Shown here: positions 26,996-37,508 of the stretch, piece by piece
How positions within the stretch are numbered: position 1 is the first letter of the stretch
Layout: each line of letters opens with the position of its first letter
Assembly: GCA_029259155.1 (NCBI GenBank)
Contig: JAPDJI010000025.1
Span: 1 to 64,000, forward strand
Length of the DNA stretch: 64,000 nucleotides
Reading direction: 5' to 3'
From: Candidatus Methanomethylicia archaeon
Lineage (GTDB): Archaea > Thermoproteota > Methanomethylicia > Nezhaarchaeales > B40-G2
Translations under genes and position numbers: made by a program
The notes under the pieces: generated by a model
What the model saw: the letters and a program-made list of their open reading frames with translations, nothing else
Told to the model about the DNA's origin: nothing
Database searches by the model: none

Positions 26996-28407
26996 AATGT
27001 ATCCACCTTTCTACTAATCTCCTCGTCCATCTTCAGTTCTTCTGGCAGCTCCCTTTCTACTTCTTCCTTCAACTTTTTGGTGGCATCTATGCCAACCTTA
27101 GATCCTAGCCCTATACGAGGGGCTGAGTGGTCTAATGCGTCAAGTGGTGTTTCTTTCAACACTAGCATGTCTCTTGCAGGGTCAACGCGCGTTGCTATGG
27201 CCCATAGCACCTCGCCTAAATCATGAACGTTTACGTCCTCGTCCACGACTACTAGGACCTTAACCAAGGAGAAGGACTCAAGGCCCCACAGACCCATCAT
27301 GATTCTCTTTGCGTGGCCTGGGTACCTCTTTCTCATAGAGACTATGCAGAGGCCATGGAAGCAGGCTTCAGGAGGAAAGTTGATGTCGACGACCTCGGGA
27401 AGTACAGTCCGTAATAGGGGGAGCGTTAAGCGTTGGAAAACCCTCTGGAGCACCGCTCCTTCATTCGGAGGTTTTCCTTCAACCCAAGCCGGATAAATGG
27501 GTTCTTCCCTCATGGTCATGCAGTTTACCCTAAACACATGGCATGGCTGAGGAGGCGAATAGTACCCTGTATGATCACCGAAGGGTCCTTCAAGCCTTGT
27601 TTCAGTGGGATCGACGTAACCTTCCAAGACTATCTCAGCTCCTGCAGGAACCTCGAGGTCAACTGTTTCGCACTTAACAAGCTTGATGGGTGAGCCTTTT
27701 AGAAGCCCGGCCACCATCACTTCATTTATTCCTTGTGGTAAGGGCATTGAGGCTGCGAGGATCAACGCTGGGTCTCCTCCAAGAGCCACTGCCACCTCTA
27801 AGGGTTTCTTCTTCTTCCATAGATGGAGCGCTCCGTGTTTATGTATCTGCCAGTGCATGCCCGTAGTAGTGTCATCAAATATCTGCATCCTGTAGATACC
27901 TACGTTGCGGGTTCCTTCCTCAGGGTCTTTAGTGAATACGAGAGGTAGTGTTATGAAGCGTCCTGCCTCTTTAGGCCAGCATTTTAGAGCCGGTAGCTTA
28001 CTTAACTTAACCTTCTCTCCTCTCAAGACCACTTCCTTACAAGGCGCGTTCCTAACCAACTTGGGCCTCGTTGCTTTAACGGCTCTCAAGGCTTGGAATA
28101 TGGCTTTTAAGCTAGGCTTCCTTGCTACCTTGAGGAGGTCGCTCATCCTGCTCGTGACGTCCTCCACTTTCTCAGCTCTCAAGGCTAAAAGTACTCTTTC
28201 CTCTGTCCCGAAGAGGTTGGTTAAGACAGGGATATCAAACCCTTCAACCTGCTCGAAGAGAAGGGCTGGTCCTCCAGCTTTAAACACCCTCCTCACGATC
28301 TCAGCTATTTCAAGCTCCACCTTTACCTTAGCCTGAACCCTCCTCAACATTCCTCTTTCTTCGAGAACTCTTATGAACCCTCTCAGGTCATCAAACATAG
28401 TTCTCAC
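26974..28407 (-). CDS. ubiD: UbiD-family (prFMN) decarboxylase, menaquinone-pathway type
   Basis: RNVGIYRMQ, GMHWQIHK, EGPFGDHTGYY, LDHS, KVGIDAT. Confidence 0.9.
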   Translation of the reverse strand: MRTMFDDLRGFIRVLEERGMLRRVQAKVKVELEIAEIVRRVFKAGGPALLFEQVEGFDIPVLTNLFGTEERVLLALRAEKVEDVTSRMSDLLKVARKPSLKAIFQALRAVKATRPKLVRNAPCKEVVLRGEKVKLSKLPALKCWPKEAGRFITLPLVFTKDPEEGTRNVGIYRMQIFDDTTTGMHWQIHKHGALHLWKKKKPLEVAVALGGDPALILAASMPLPQGINEVMVAGLLKGSPIKLVKCETVDLEVPAGAEIVLEGYVDPTETRLEGPFGDHTGYYSPPQPCHVFRVNCMTMREEPIYPAWVEGKPPNEGAVLQRVFQRLTLPLLRTVLPEVVDINFPPEACFHGLCIVSMRKRYPGHAKRIMMGLWGLESFSLVKVLVVVDEDVNVHDLGEVLWAIATRVDPARDMLVLKETPLDALDHSAPRIGLGSKVGIDATKKLKEEVERELPEELKMDEEISRKVDTLWHSLNL

Positions 28408-28463
28408 GCGCTAAAATACCCTTAAAAACTGGGCTAAAAAGGGCTTTAAGGGGTTGGTGGAGG

Positions 28464-29453
28464 GTGAGGGCTTACCTGGCAGTATTAATGGTTGTTGCAG
28501 TGCTCATGGCTGCAACAGCTTACTACCTGTTATCATCCTCTCCTCCACGCACTAACTTAACTTTGGTGATCCCTCCTTTCACTGCTGAGTATATGGCAAC
28601 CTACGCTTTGGAGACAGGTATCGTCAGTTCAAGCAATCTTACCATAACAGTCCAGCACACCTTACAGTTCAATGAGATCTTAATGGACCTTCAGGCCGAC
28701 ATAGGCTTCATGTCTACCGAAGCGTTTGCTAAGGCTTATGAGATGGAGAGGCCCTTGAAGATATTAGGTACAGCTGTAATTCAAGGCAATGAGGAGGGTA
28801 ATGCTCTTCTCTTCGTAAGGTTAGATTCGGAGATTACCGATCCATCTGAGCTTAAAGGTCGGAGGATAGGGGTGCCTACGCCTAGAGGATTAAAGAGCAG
28901 CAATCTTATACTCTTGGACGTATTAGAGCGACGTTTTAACCTTTCATTATCGCTAGAGAGCGATCTCATCATCGATAAACCGTTGCCTCAGCTTCCAGCT
29001 TTACTTGATGCTGGGGAAGTGGACGCCGTGCTTGTTATAGGTGACGTGGCGGCTCAGATGAGCCTAAGCCCCGATAAATACCGGTTAATATGCGACGTAT
29101 CGGAGGAGTTTAGGCGGCTCTATGGTGAGTACCCTGTAGTGGCTGTATTGGTTGTTAAAGCTGATCTACTCGAGGAGAATCCAGACTTGGTAAGGGAGGC
29201 TTTAAGGTTGCTTAACGAATCGTTGAGCTATAGCTTAATCCATCGTGATGAAGCGTTAGAGTGGGCTTTAACTCAACGAGAAGGTGTGGAGCTTGAGGCT
29301 GCGCAAAAATCCCTTGAGCAATATTGCATAAGGTATGGTCTAACAGAGGACGACAAGATGGTCATAGGGAAGCTCTTTGAACTAGCCTATTCGAGAGGTT
29401 TAATAAGCGTCCTCCCCGACCCCCTAGAGGTTTTCGTGAGTTTAGAGCCATGA
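28464..29453 (+). CDS. ABC transporter substrate-binding protein (NitT/TauT / MqnA-MqnD-SBP-like)
   Basis: N-terminal anchor, LKGRRIGVP, LDAGEVDAV. First gene of the ABC trio. Confidence 0.8.
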   Translation: MRAYLAVLMVVAVLMAATAYYLLSSSPPRTNLTLVIPPFTAEYMATYALETGIVSSSNLTITVQHTLQFNEILMDLQADIGFMSTEAFAKAYEMERPLKILGTAVIQGNEEGNALLFVRLDSEITDPSELKGRRIGVPTPRGLKSSNLILLDVLERRFNLSLSLESDLIIDKPLPQLPALLDAGEVDAVLVIGDVAAQMSLSPDKYRLICDVSEEFRRLYGEYPVVAVLVVKADLLEENPDLVREALRLLNESLSYSLIHRDEALEWALTQREGVELEAAQKSLEQYCIRYGLTEDDKMVIGKLFELAYSRGLISVLPDPLEVFVSLEP

Positions 29454-30202
29454 ACCTTAAGGAGATAGCTAGGCTCCTGGCCGCTTTCCTTACAGTCTTA
29501 GCTGTTTGGCTCTTAGCTGCTAGCCTCGTGAATAGCTATCTCTTTCCTAGCCCTCTCCAGGTTGCTGACCCTTTCCTCGAGATGATTATGAAGCCTAGTA
29601 CTTGGTTTCATGTAGCAGCTACCTTCAACAGGGTATTGCTTGGAGTTGCCTTAGGCTCTCTTCTTGGCTTGGTTTTAGGCATAGCTCCTCGCTATAGCTC
29701 CACGGCTTCTTTCGTGGTGGAATCGGTCATCCAACCAGTCTTGGAGTCTGTACCAGCATTATGTTGGGCACTGATCTTTGCAGCTCTCTTTGGCCTTTCC
29801 GGTACAGCTCCCGTCTTTGTCGTGGCAGCTGCTATAATCCCCTTCTTCACCATAAACCTATGGGAAGGTGTCAAGGAACTTGACGAAAGCCTCGTAGAGA
29901 TGGCCTACGCCTACACTAGGAATAAGTTGAGGGTGTTTAAGGCCGTGATATTGCCAATGTTATATCCCTATCTTTTCGCTGCTCTACGAACTTCCTTCGA
30001 GGTGGCTTGGAAGGTGGTAGTGTTAGGCGAGGTCTTCGGTGCTGTGAACGGTATAGGATACATGCTCTGGCTGTCTTTCAGTAGCTACTCTATAGATCGC
30101 ATGTTTGCGTGGGTTCTATTCTGTGCAGCCATAATAGCTTTCTTTGAATACGTGGTCTTTAACCTCATTGATAAGAGGCTCATAAGGAGGTGGCGTAGGT
30201 GA
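29450..30202 (+). CDS. NitT/TauT ABC permease
   Basis: FPSP..V, EAA-like loop EMA.AY..., [11 protein letters not shown]. Confidence 0.9.
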   Translation: MNLKEIARLLAAFLTVLAVWLLAASLVNSYLFPSPLQVADPFLEMIMKPSTWFHVAATFNRVLLGVALGSLLGLVLGIAPRYSSTASFVVESVIQPVLESVPALCWALIFAALFGLSGTAPVFVVAAAIIPFFTINLWEGVKELDESLVEMAYAYTRNKLRVFKAVILPMLYPYLFAALRTSFEVAWKVVVLGEVFGAVNGIGYMLWLSFSSYSIDRMFAWVLFCAAIIAFFEYVVFNLIDKRLIRRWRR

Positions 30203-30945
30203 AATACGCCATAACCATAAGCGACTTGAAAAAAAGCTACGGTAACCTCCTAGTCTTAGATGGGATTTCCTTTAACGTAAAGAATAGTGAATTTTGTTGC
30301 GTGCTTGGTCCCTCAGGTTGCGGCAAGACGACCTTGCTAAAGATACTTGCCAAGCTCACTTCCTTCGACGGAGGCTCGGTTGACGTGCAAGGCTCTAACG
30401 TGAAGGAAGATGATGGTTTTCTCTCATCCATAAGCGTGGTCTTCCAAGAACCTAGGCTCTTACGTTGGAGGACCGTTAGGGAGAATGTTAGGCTGTCAGT
30501 GGAGCTCAGGAAAGGTAAGGTAGAGGCCGAGGACGAAGAGCTTGTGGATAGCTGCTTAAGGATGGTGGGTCTTCAAGCATACTCTAACGCTTATCCACAT
30601 GAACTTAGTGGGGGTATGAAGCAAAGGGTAGCTTTAGCTAGGGCCTTAGCGGTTAAGCCTAAGATACTGCTCATGGATGAACCTTTAACAGGCTTAGATG
30701 TACGAACACGTAAGGAGCTTCAAGAGGAGATTCTCAAGGTGTGGAGTGAAGAAAACCTAACAATACTTTTCGTCACCCACGATCCTAAAGAAGCCATATA
30801 TTTAGCTGAAAGGATCGTCGTGTTTTCCGATAAGCCGACTAGGGTGAAGGATATAATAGATGTGGACATACCTAGGCCTAGAGATCTAAGCAGCTCAGAG
30901 GCTTTGGCCTTGGAGAGATATATCTATAACTGCTTCTACGCATAG
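30199..30945 (+). CDS. NitT/TauT ABC ATP-binding protein
   Basis: [28 protein letters not shown]. Confidence 0.95.
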   Translation: MKYAITISDLKKSYGNLLVLDGISFNVKNSEFCCVLGPSGCGKTTLLKILAKLTSFDGGSVDVQGSNVKEDDGFLSSISVVFQEPRLLRWRTVRENVRLSVELRKGKVEAEDEELVDSCLRMVGLQAYSNAYPHELSGGMKQRVALARALAVKPKILLMDEPLTGLDVRTRKELQEEILKVWSEENLTILFVTHDPKEAIYLAERIVVFSDKPTRVKDIIDVDIPRPRDLSSSEALALERYIYNCFYA

Positions 30946-30956
30946 CGCTTAGACGT

Positions 30957-32051
30957 TTATCTAGGCCTAGCACTTTCGCGATGTGCTTCTGAATATATGT
31001 TGATGATCTGGCTAGCTACGCTGTCCCATGCATACTCCTTTAAGGCCTTAAGCCTAGCATTGACCGAAAGCCTCTTACGGAGGACGGGGTCTTGGAGAAG
31101 GGCTATGACGGCCTCGGCCAGCTTTTTAGGTGAGTTAGGCTTGACGAGCAGACCGCTTACTTCGTTGTCTACCACCTCCTTCAAGCCTCCGACCTCCGAA
31201 GCTACCACCGGTGTTCCAGAGGCCATGGATTCAATGGCTACTATCCCGAACCCCTCACCGTAGAGAGTGGGTACCACGGTGAGCCATGCACGTCGATAGA
31301 ACTCAGCTTTAACTTCATCGGACACGTTGCCTCTAAACTCTACGTAGCCACGTAGCTTTAGACTGGAGGCGAGGGCTTTAAAGAAGGGCTCCATGTAACC
31401 ACTGCCCGCGATTACCAGTTTTGCTTCACGCTCCTCCTTAATTACCTTCTTAAAGGCATGCAGTAACACATGAATGCCTTTACGATATATGAGCCTACCG
31501 ACGTAAAGAACAAGGGGATCAGAAGGCTCCCTGTGTGAGGGTCTATACTTATTGGTGTCGACGGCATTAGGTATAATCACTCTCCTAACCCTTTTATTGA
31601 CAAGGGCGGCCATGAGATGGTCTACTGCCCTGCTTACCGAAATCATAACTTGGGCCTTTGATAAAAGTAGTCGATGAGGCATCAATGCGTAGAGGTATCT
31701 GACAGGATCGTACTCATAGCCGGGCAATGCGCTGTGGCTGGTGACAACGCCCGGTATGTTTAACTGACTTCCGATAGCGAGCAGCAACGGAGGTAACCAG
31801 TTGAAGGAGTAATGAGCATGAATTAAGTCAGGTGCCTCTTGCTTGATAAAGTCACGTAGCTTAAAGGTGTCGAGCGATACTTTCAAGCACTTTAGGCGTG
31901 GAGCATTGACAAGACTCTTCTCTTGCCTCCTCCTATAAGCCACTGAGACCTCAAAGCCTTTCTCTTCAAGCCTCTCAGCTAATCCCCTTATGTGCTCCTC
32001 CACTCCCCCGATGATTAAAGGGTATCTCTCGCTCACAAGCAGTATCTTCAT
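30957..32051 (-). CDS. Glycosyltransferase family 4 (GT-B)
   Basis: GGVEEH, IHAH, YVGRL..RKG, EGFGIVAIESMASG. Confidence 0.92.
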   Translation of the reverse strand: MKILLVSERYPLIIGGVEEHIRGLAERLEEKGFEVSVAYRRRQEKSLVNAPRLKCLKVSLDTFKLRDFIKQEAPDLIHAHYSFNWLPPLLLAIGSQLNIPGVVTSHSALPGYEYDPVRYLYALMPHRLLLSKAQVMISVSRAVDHLMAALVNKRVRRVIIPNAVDTNKYRPSHREPSDPLVLYVGRLIYRKGIHVLLHAFKKVIKEEREAKLVIAGSGYMEPFFKALASSLKLRGYVEFRGNVSDEVKAEFYRRAWLTVVPTLYGEGFGIVAIESMASGTPVVASEVGGLKEVVDNEVSGLLVKPNSPKKLAEAVIALLQDPVLRKRLSVNARLKALKEYAWDSVASQIINIYSEAHRESARPR

Positions 32052-32200
32052 GTCATCTTAAGGAACTGAAGAACTCTCCTATAAGAGTCAATTAAGGAGT
32101 TTGTTGATAGTCTCTGAGGCTTAAAGCTGAAGTTCTTTTGGCATTGTTTTGTTTCTTAAAAGAAAAGCTATATATTAAGCCATATGGCTGCCTCTAGCCG

Positions 32201-33313
32201 GTGCTTATGGGCTGCCTCGAGGGACATCTGCCTATTATACTAGGCGGAGATGTAAAGGAATTTGCTTGGGAAGTGACCAACAAGTGTAACTTAAGGTGTA
32301 AGCATTGCTACCTTAACGATGTTGGATCTGAACCTGAGAATGCTCTCTCTAAAGAAGAAGGCTTAGCTTTGTTGGAAGAGATGGCTAAGCTAGGCCCTAA
32401 AGATGTAATGGTTGTGTTTGAAGGCGGAGAGCCCGTTCTATGTCCCTATATCTACGATTACATAGAATATGCCTCTAGACTTGGAATGAGGCCTGTCATG
32501 ACCAGTAATGGTACGTTGATTGACTTGGAGGTTGCTAGGAAGCTTAAGCAAGCTGGCCTCGTAGGTATTTCTATTAGCATCGATGGAGCTACACAAGAAG
32601 TAAACGATGGTATTAGAGGAGTAGGATCCTACAAGAAGGCCTTAGAAGGGTTAAAGGCGTGTAAAGAAGTCGGCATACACTGGAACATAGCGTTCGTGGT
32701 TAACAAATATAACGTCGACCAAGTCCCAGCTATAATAGAGTTAGCCAAGAAACTTTCAAAGCGAAGCCCAAATGACCCCATAACGAGCCCTCCAGGCGTC
32801 TTCCTTTTCCATTATATCCCCTTGGGTAATGGCGCCAAAAATATGCCCGATGCGGAGTTAAGTAAGGAAGAATACTTGGGTTTGCTGGACTATATTTTCA
32901 AGTATAAGGTGCAACATGAAGGTAGGCTTTGGATAAGACCTGAATGCATGCCTCAGTACTGGCCTTTCATAATAGAGGAGTATGAAGTAGAATTCGAACA
33001 GGACTTCACAGCAGATATGATAAGAATGTGTCAAGCCGGTATAAGGCATTGCTGCGTAACAGTGACCGGAGAAGTAACACCATGCCCCTACGTGAGGACC
33101 AGTGCAGGTAACGTGAGGGATGGAGGCTTCCTTAAGATTTGGAGGGACGCGGAGCTCTTTAAGAAGCTTAGAAACCCTCGCAGCTTTCTAAGGGAGCCTT
33201 GTAGGTCTTGCAAATATCTAGAAGTATGTGGTGGATGTAGAGGTAGGGCAGAAGCGCACTTTGGAGACTGCTTTGAAAAAGATCCTTCATGTCCTATTAC
33301 CCCTAAACCATAG
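32201..33313 (+). CDS. Radical SAM/SPASM protein (NirJ/AhbC-AhbD-like)
   Basis: CNLRCKHC, GGEP, and SPASM cysteines CQAG...PCP...CRSC..LEVCGGCRGRA...DPSC. Confidence 0.85.
   Translation: MLMGCLEGHLPIILGGDVKEFAWEVTNKCNLRCKHCYLNDVGSEPENALSKEEGLALLEEMAKLGPKDVMVVFEGGEPVLCPYIYDYIEYASRLGMRPVMTSNGTLIDLEVARKLKQAGLVGISISIDGATQEVNDGIRGVGSYKKALEGLKACKEVGIHWNIAFVVNKYNVDQVPAIIELAKKLSKRSPNDPITSPPGVFLFHYIPLGNGAKNMPDAELSKEEYLGLLDYIFKYKVQHEGRLWIRPECMPQYWPFIIEEYEVEFEQDFTADMIRMCQAGIRHCCVTVTGEVTPCPYVRTSAGNVRDGGFLKIWRDAELFKKLRNPRSFLREPCRSCKYLEVCGGCRGRAEAHFGDCFEKDPSCPITPKP
32507..32561 (+). repeat. 55-bp perfect direct repeat, copy 1 (copy 2 at 33635-33689)
   Basis: AATGGTACGTTGATTGAC...GCTGGCCTCG is identical in both radical SAM genes. 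A second identical 22-mer follows at 32571-32592 and 33699-33720. Confidence 0.9.
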
Positions 33314-33319
33314 ATCTGA

Positions 33320-34414
33320 ATGACCATGAACTTACCTGAGTTACTACACCCTGACAACGTGGAAGATGGCTGTCTAGGGCATTCAGCAGGCGAGCTCGTA
33401 TGGAACGTCACGTACTCTTGTAACCTTCGTTGCATGCATTGTTATTTACCATCATCTTCTAAACGATCTGAATTGAGCCTCGAAGAGGGCCTAAAACTCA
33501 TAGATGAGGTAAGAGCGATCTTTGGGGCAGGCTCTCAACTAGTCTTAAGCGGAGGAGAACCTCTCCTTAGACCTGACGTTTATGAATTGGTGGAGTATGC
33601 CTCTAGCTTGGGTCTTCGTGTAGCCTTAGCGAGCAATGGTACGTTGATTGACTTGGAGGTTGCTAGGAAGCTTAAGCAAGCTGGCCTCGACGAGCTCGCT
33701 ATTAGCATCGATGGAGCTACTAAGACAAGCCATGATCATATTAGGGGCGTACAAGGAGCCTTCGATGCAGCTATACAAGGAGCTCTCAACGCTAAGAAGA
33801 CTGGATTAAGCCTACAGCTCCACTTTACGTTGATGGAAAGTAACGTTAATGAGCTTCCTTCATTAATAGAATTGGCTGAACACCTTCAAGCTAGAAGGCT
33901 TTTCATCTTCGACCTTATACCGACTGGTAGAGGTGCTTTTCTTAAACCTCATGGTTTAGATCCTTTAGCTCTCTTTGACTACCTTTTCAAAGAACAGCGT
34001 AGGTTTAAGGTATGGCTTAAACCGCAGTGCTACCCATACTTCTGGGTCTATTTACTGAGCAAAGCTGGTGACCTAGGAGTTGATGAAGAAGTTCTTAAAG
34101 GATACTTTAAGGGATGTTTAGCGGGCAGGTCCATGGTAAGGGTTTCCCCTGATGGAGAAGTTACTCCATGCCCCTTCCTTCCTGTATCGGTTGGAAACGT
34201 TAAGAAAGATAGGCTTAGCTATCTATGGAGATCTTCAAAAGTCTTTGAAGAATTGAGGAGTAGGGATAAGTTTAGAGATGCATGTGGTGGATGCGTGCTT
34301 AAAGAAGTATGTGGTGGATGTAGGGCTAAAGCCTACGCCCTGCTCAATGATTATTTAGCTGAAGATCCTTCATGCCCTTATGCCCATGCGCCGTCATCCA
34401 TGTCCAGGGCCTAG
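33320..34414 (+). CDS. Radical SAM/SPASM protein (NirJ/AhbC-AhbD-like), second paralogue
   Basis: CNLRCMHC, SGGEPLLR, GCLAG, PCPF, CGGC..KEVCGGCRAKA, DPSC. Confidence 0.85.
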   Translation: MTMNLPELLHPDNVEDGCLGHSAGELVWNVTYSCNLRCMHCYLPSSSKRSELSLEEGLKLIDEVRAIFGAGSQLVLSGGEPLLRPDVYELVEYASSLGLRVALASNGTLIDLEVARKLKQAGLDELAISIDGATKTSHDHIRGVQGAFDAAIQGALNAKKTGLSLQLHFTLMESNVNELPSLIELAEHLQARRLFIFDLIPTGRGAFLKPHGLDPLALFDYLFKEQRRFKVWLKPQCYPYFWVYLLSKAGDLGVDEEVLKGYFKGCLAGRSMVRVSPDGEVTPCPFLPVSVGNVKKDRLSYLWRSSKVFEELRSRDKFRDACGGCVLKEVCGGCRAKAYALLNDYLAEDPSCPYAHAPSSMSRA

Positions 34415-34843
34415 TTTGCTGTCTAAGCCCTTAACTGTGACTATTCTTCTATCAAACGGTTTAGCTGGCTCTGCCATCTTTAATGGACTATAGATTAACT
34501 CTTCTTTGGTATAGGCTGCTATCTCGTATTCTTGGGTGTGTTCAAGTGCAGCTCGAGGACAGTATTCGACGCAGAAGCCACAGAAGCAGCATCTACCATA
34601 GTCTAGCTGGGGGTACTTCCTTCCTTCATGTTCAACTAACGTAATCGCCCTATTAGGACATATATAGCTGCATACGCCACAACCTATGCATTTATCCATG
34701 TTAAGCTTAATCCTACCTCTATAGCGCTCAGCGGGTTGAAGTATTTCGAAAGGATACTTGACGGTGAAGGTTCTCTTAAATGCGTGGACCAAGGCCATGT
34801 ATAGGGGTCTTAGATACGAAGACATACCTCTCACCTCAGACAA
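34394..34843 (-). CDS. nuoI: Complex I-like subunit I
   Basis: CIGCGVCSYICP and CCFCGFCVEYCP. Start may be the ATG at 34825. Confidence 0.92.
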   Translation of the reverse strand: MSEVRGMSSYLRPLYMALVHAFKRTFTVKYPFEILQPAERYRGRIKLNMDKCIGCGVCSYICPNRAITLVEHEGRKYPQLDYGRCCFCGFCVEYCPRAALEHTQEYEIAAYTKEELIYSPLKMAEPAKPFDRRIVTVKGLDSKLGPGHG

Positions 34844-35945
34844 CTATCACCTTCAATACATAGACGAGGACTATAGCTATGAACACTTGGACCAGCGCTA
34901 AGGGGATCAGTTTCCTCCAACCTGCATCGAGTAGTTGATCTATTCTCAACCTAGGCCAAGTCGACCTCCCTATCATAAAGAACATCGACAGTATGCCCAT
35001 CTTTATCAGGAGCCAAACCAACGGATGTAGGCCTGGTCCATGCCATCCGCCTAGGAATAAGATGCTAGTTAAGAAGGAGGCGATAGCAACATCTACGTAC
35101 TCCGACATCATTATTAACCCATACTCCATCCCCGTATACTCGGTCCATGGCCCAAACACTATTTCCTGTTCAGCAACTATTATGTCAAGGGGCCTACGGC
35201 AAATCTCAGCCATCGTGGAGATGAAGAAGACTATGAAGCCTAGGAAGCAAGGAACTATAAACCACATGTTAGCTTGGCTTTCTACTATCTTGGCCAGGTC
35301 GAAGGAGCCCGCTAAGATCACCACGCTAGCCATGGATAGCATGAGAGGCACTTCGTAGGCCAAGAGTTGGAAGGCTGCTCTCATGGCCCCCATCATGGTG
35401 TACTTGTTATTGGAAGCCCAACCAGCCATTATCATGATGAAAGGCCTAAGCGAGAAGAGCGCTAAGATGATGAGCAGGCTGTACTCTGAGTAATAGATTG
35501 TCCAGTATTCTCCTGGGCCGACGGGGAAGAATGGTATGAAGGCTAGGGTGATCATGGATAGTGACATTATCAGTACTGGGGCTAGATGGTAGAAGAATTT
35601 GTGCGACCTTTCAGGGGTGACTATCTCCTTGCCTAGAAGCTTTATACCGTCAGCCACTAGCTGAAAGAGACCGAAGATAGGTCCCACATGGTAAGGCCCT
35701 ATCCTTAAATGTATCCTAGCATGTAGCTTACGTTCTCCCCACACAGCTAGCATGGCGTAGAGCATGATGAAAGCTAGACCAGGGAAGACGAGGAGCTTGA
35801 GAGAGAGTTCAACGGCAAACTCCATGAACTCTGAGGTTTGCATGAACTCGATTAATACATCAAAAGGAGGAGGTAGTACCGGTAGAGGTATCGGGGGTAG
35901 GCCTGGGATGTTTGGTAAGGTTGGTAGAGATATGGGGAGGTTCAC
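34836..35945 (-). CDS. nuoH: Complex I-like subunit H
   Basis: ERKL.AR...RIGP, ADGIKLLGKE, GWASNNKY, AEQEIV.G..TEY, PRLRIDQ. Confidence 0.93.
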   Translation of the reverse strand: MNLPISLPTLPNIPGLPPIPLPVLPPPFDVLIEFMQTSEFMEFAVELSLKLLVFPGLAFIMLYAMLAVWGERKLHARIHLRIGPYHVGPIFGLFQLVADGIKLLGKEIVTPERSHKFFYHLAPVLIMSLSMITLAFIPFFPVGPGEYWTIYYSEYSLLIILALFSLRPFIMIMAGWASNNKYTMMGAMRAAFQLLAYEVPLMLSMASVVILAGSFDLAKIVESQANMWFIVPCFLGFIVFFISTMAEICRRPLDIIVAEQEIVFGPWTEYTGMEYGLIMMSEYVDVAIASFLTSILFLGGWHGPGLHPLVWLLIKMGILSMFFMIGRSTWPRLRIDQLLDAGWRKLIPLALVQVFIAIVLVYVLKVIVV

Positions 35946-35959
35946 GTCACATACACCTC

Positions 35960-37036
35960 CTACCTATCTACGTCTAAGAGAAGGATGTCGAGGCTATAGT
36001 AAATTACAGGTATGTCACCCATAGGTATGTCTCTACAAAGGTATACCAACCCAGCCAAGTTCCTGAAGGAAGGTGCGCTTATCTTTAGCCTGTAGGGCTT
36101 ATTGGTACCTGAGCCCACGATATATACTCCCAGCTCTCCTCTACCGCTTTCAATTCTGGTATAGGTTTCTCCTCGAGGTAGCATGGGCGGTGTCTTGCAT
36201 CGAATAGGGCCTTCAGGCAAATCTTTGAGGGCCTGCTTGATTATCTTTATGCTCTGGGCGATCTCATAGAACCTCACTAAGGCCCTAGCATACGAATCTC
36301 CTTCTTTTTCCACTACCACTTCGAAGTCAAGTTTATCGTAAGCCTCATAAGGGTCATCTCTCCTCACATCGAAGTCTACGCCTGAGGCTCTAAGGTTTGG
36401 CCCTGTAATCCCTAGCTCTATGGCATCTTGCTTGCTCAATACGCCTACTCCCATTGTCCTATCTTGAAAAGTCTTATTCTGGAATAACATCTTGTAGTAG
36501 TCCCATATACGTCTCTCCAAGTAGTTCAATACATCATAGGCCTTTTCCTTAAATCCTTTGGGTATGTCTGCCCTCACTCCTCCAGGAATTATGTAGGTGT
36601 GAGTCACTCTAGCTCCTGACAGCCTCTCTAAGAGATCTAAGATGAGTTCACGGTCGTTTGCGGACCACACGGTCATGGTTTCAAAGCCGCCGGTCATCGA
36701 CAGCAAGGCCTGAGCGTAAAGGTGGCTCATGATTCTACTCAGTTCAGCTGCTATTACCCTGAGGTATTTCGCCCTCTCAGGAACTTCTATCCCCATTAAG
36801 GCTTCTACAGCTCTCACGTAACCTAACGCAAAATTGGAGGCATCAAAGTCGCAAGCCCTCTCTATTACTGGGACGTACTGAATGAAGTTCCTGTACTCTG
36901 CTATCTTTTCAAGCCCTCTATGAGTATATCCCACGTCGGCTTCAGTGTTAAGTACTATATCACCATCCACGTCTAGGTAAAGTGTGAGGTGACCGCTCAT
37001 TGGGTGCTGTATTCCCCAAGCTACCCTAATCGGCAA
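35960..37036 (-). CDS. nuoD: Complex I-like subunit D (no NiFe CxxC pairs)
   Basis: QHP, GYTHRGLEK, ELSRI.SHL, GPNLRASG, ESGRGELG, C-terminal DVDR. Confidence 0.9.
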   Translation of the reverse strand: MPIRVAWGIQHPMSGHLTLYLDVDGDIVLNTEADVGYTHRGLEKIAEYRNFIQYVPVIERACDFDASNFALGYVRAVEALMGIEVPERAKYLRVIAAELSRIMSHLYAQALLSMTGGFETMTVWSANDRELILDLLERLSGARVTHTYIIPGGVRADIPKGFKEKAYDVLNYLERRIWDYYKMLFQNKTFQDRTMGVGVLSKQDAIELGITGPNLRASGVDFDVRRDDPYEAYDKLDFEVVVEKEGDSYARALVRFYEIAQSIKIIKQALKDLPEGPIRCKTPPMLPRGETYTRIESGRGELGVYIVGSGTNKPYRLKISAPSFRNLAGLVYLCRDIPMGDIPVIYYSLDILLLDVDR

Positions 37037-37048
37037 CTTTGACTCCTC

Positions 37049-37507
37049 CTAGGACTCAGGTTTAAGCTTGAATTCTTTCCTTAGAGGATAAACTCCCTCC
37101 TCCCAGTCCTCTTGGAGGAGGAAGCGTTTGAGTTCAGGATGTCCTTCAAACTTTACCCCTAGCATCTCCCACGTCTCACGTTCATGGAAGTGGACGCCTC
37201 TCCAGATTTCTCTAAGCGAAGGCATGGAGGGCTGGCCTCTAGGTAGAGCAGTCTTCAAAGCAACAAGGCTTTTTGAATCGAGGCAACTAACATGATATAC
37301 TACTTCTACTTCTCCTCGATCTGGATAATCTACTCCACTTACAGAAAGTGGATGATTAAAGCCGTTTTCTTTTAGAAGGGTGGCAGCCTTAACCATGCCC
37401 TCAGGCTTAACTTTTATTGAAGCATATCGAGGTCGATCTATTTTTGACTCTACTAATACGTCAGATAGTTTAGTCTTGATTTCTTCGAGTAACCGCTCTA
37501 CATCCAC
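37049..37507 (-). CDS. nuoC: Complex I-like subunit C
   Basis: ERETWEMLGV.FEGHP and YPLRKEF. Confidence 0.93.
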   Translation of the reverse strand: MDVERLLEEIKTKLSDVLVESKIDRPRYASIKVKPEGMVKAATLLKENGFNHPLSVSGVDYPDRGEVEVVYHVSCLDSKSLVALKTALPRGQPSMPSLREIWRGVHFHERETWEMLGVKFEGHPELKRFLLQEDWEEGVYPLRKEFKLKPES

Positions 37508-37508
37508 T

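Noticed and set aside
35960-37036. NuoD as a group 4 [NiFe]-hydrogenase large subunit
   Set aside because: It lacks both CxxC nickel-binding motifs.
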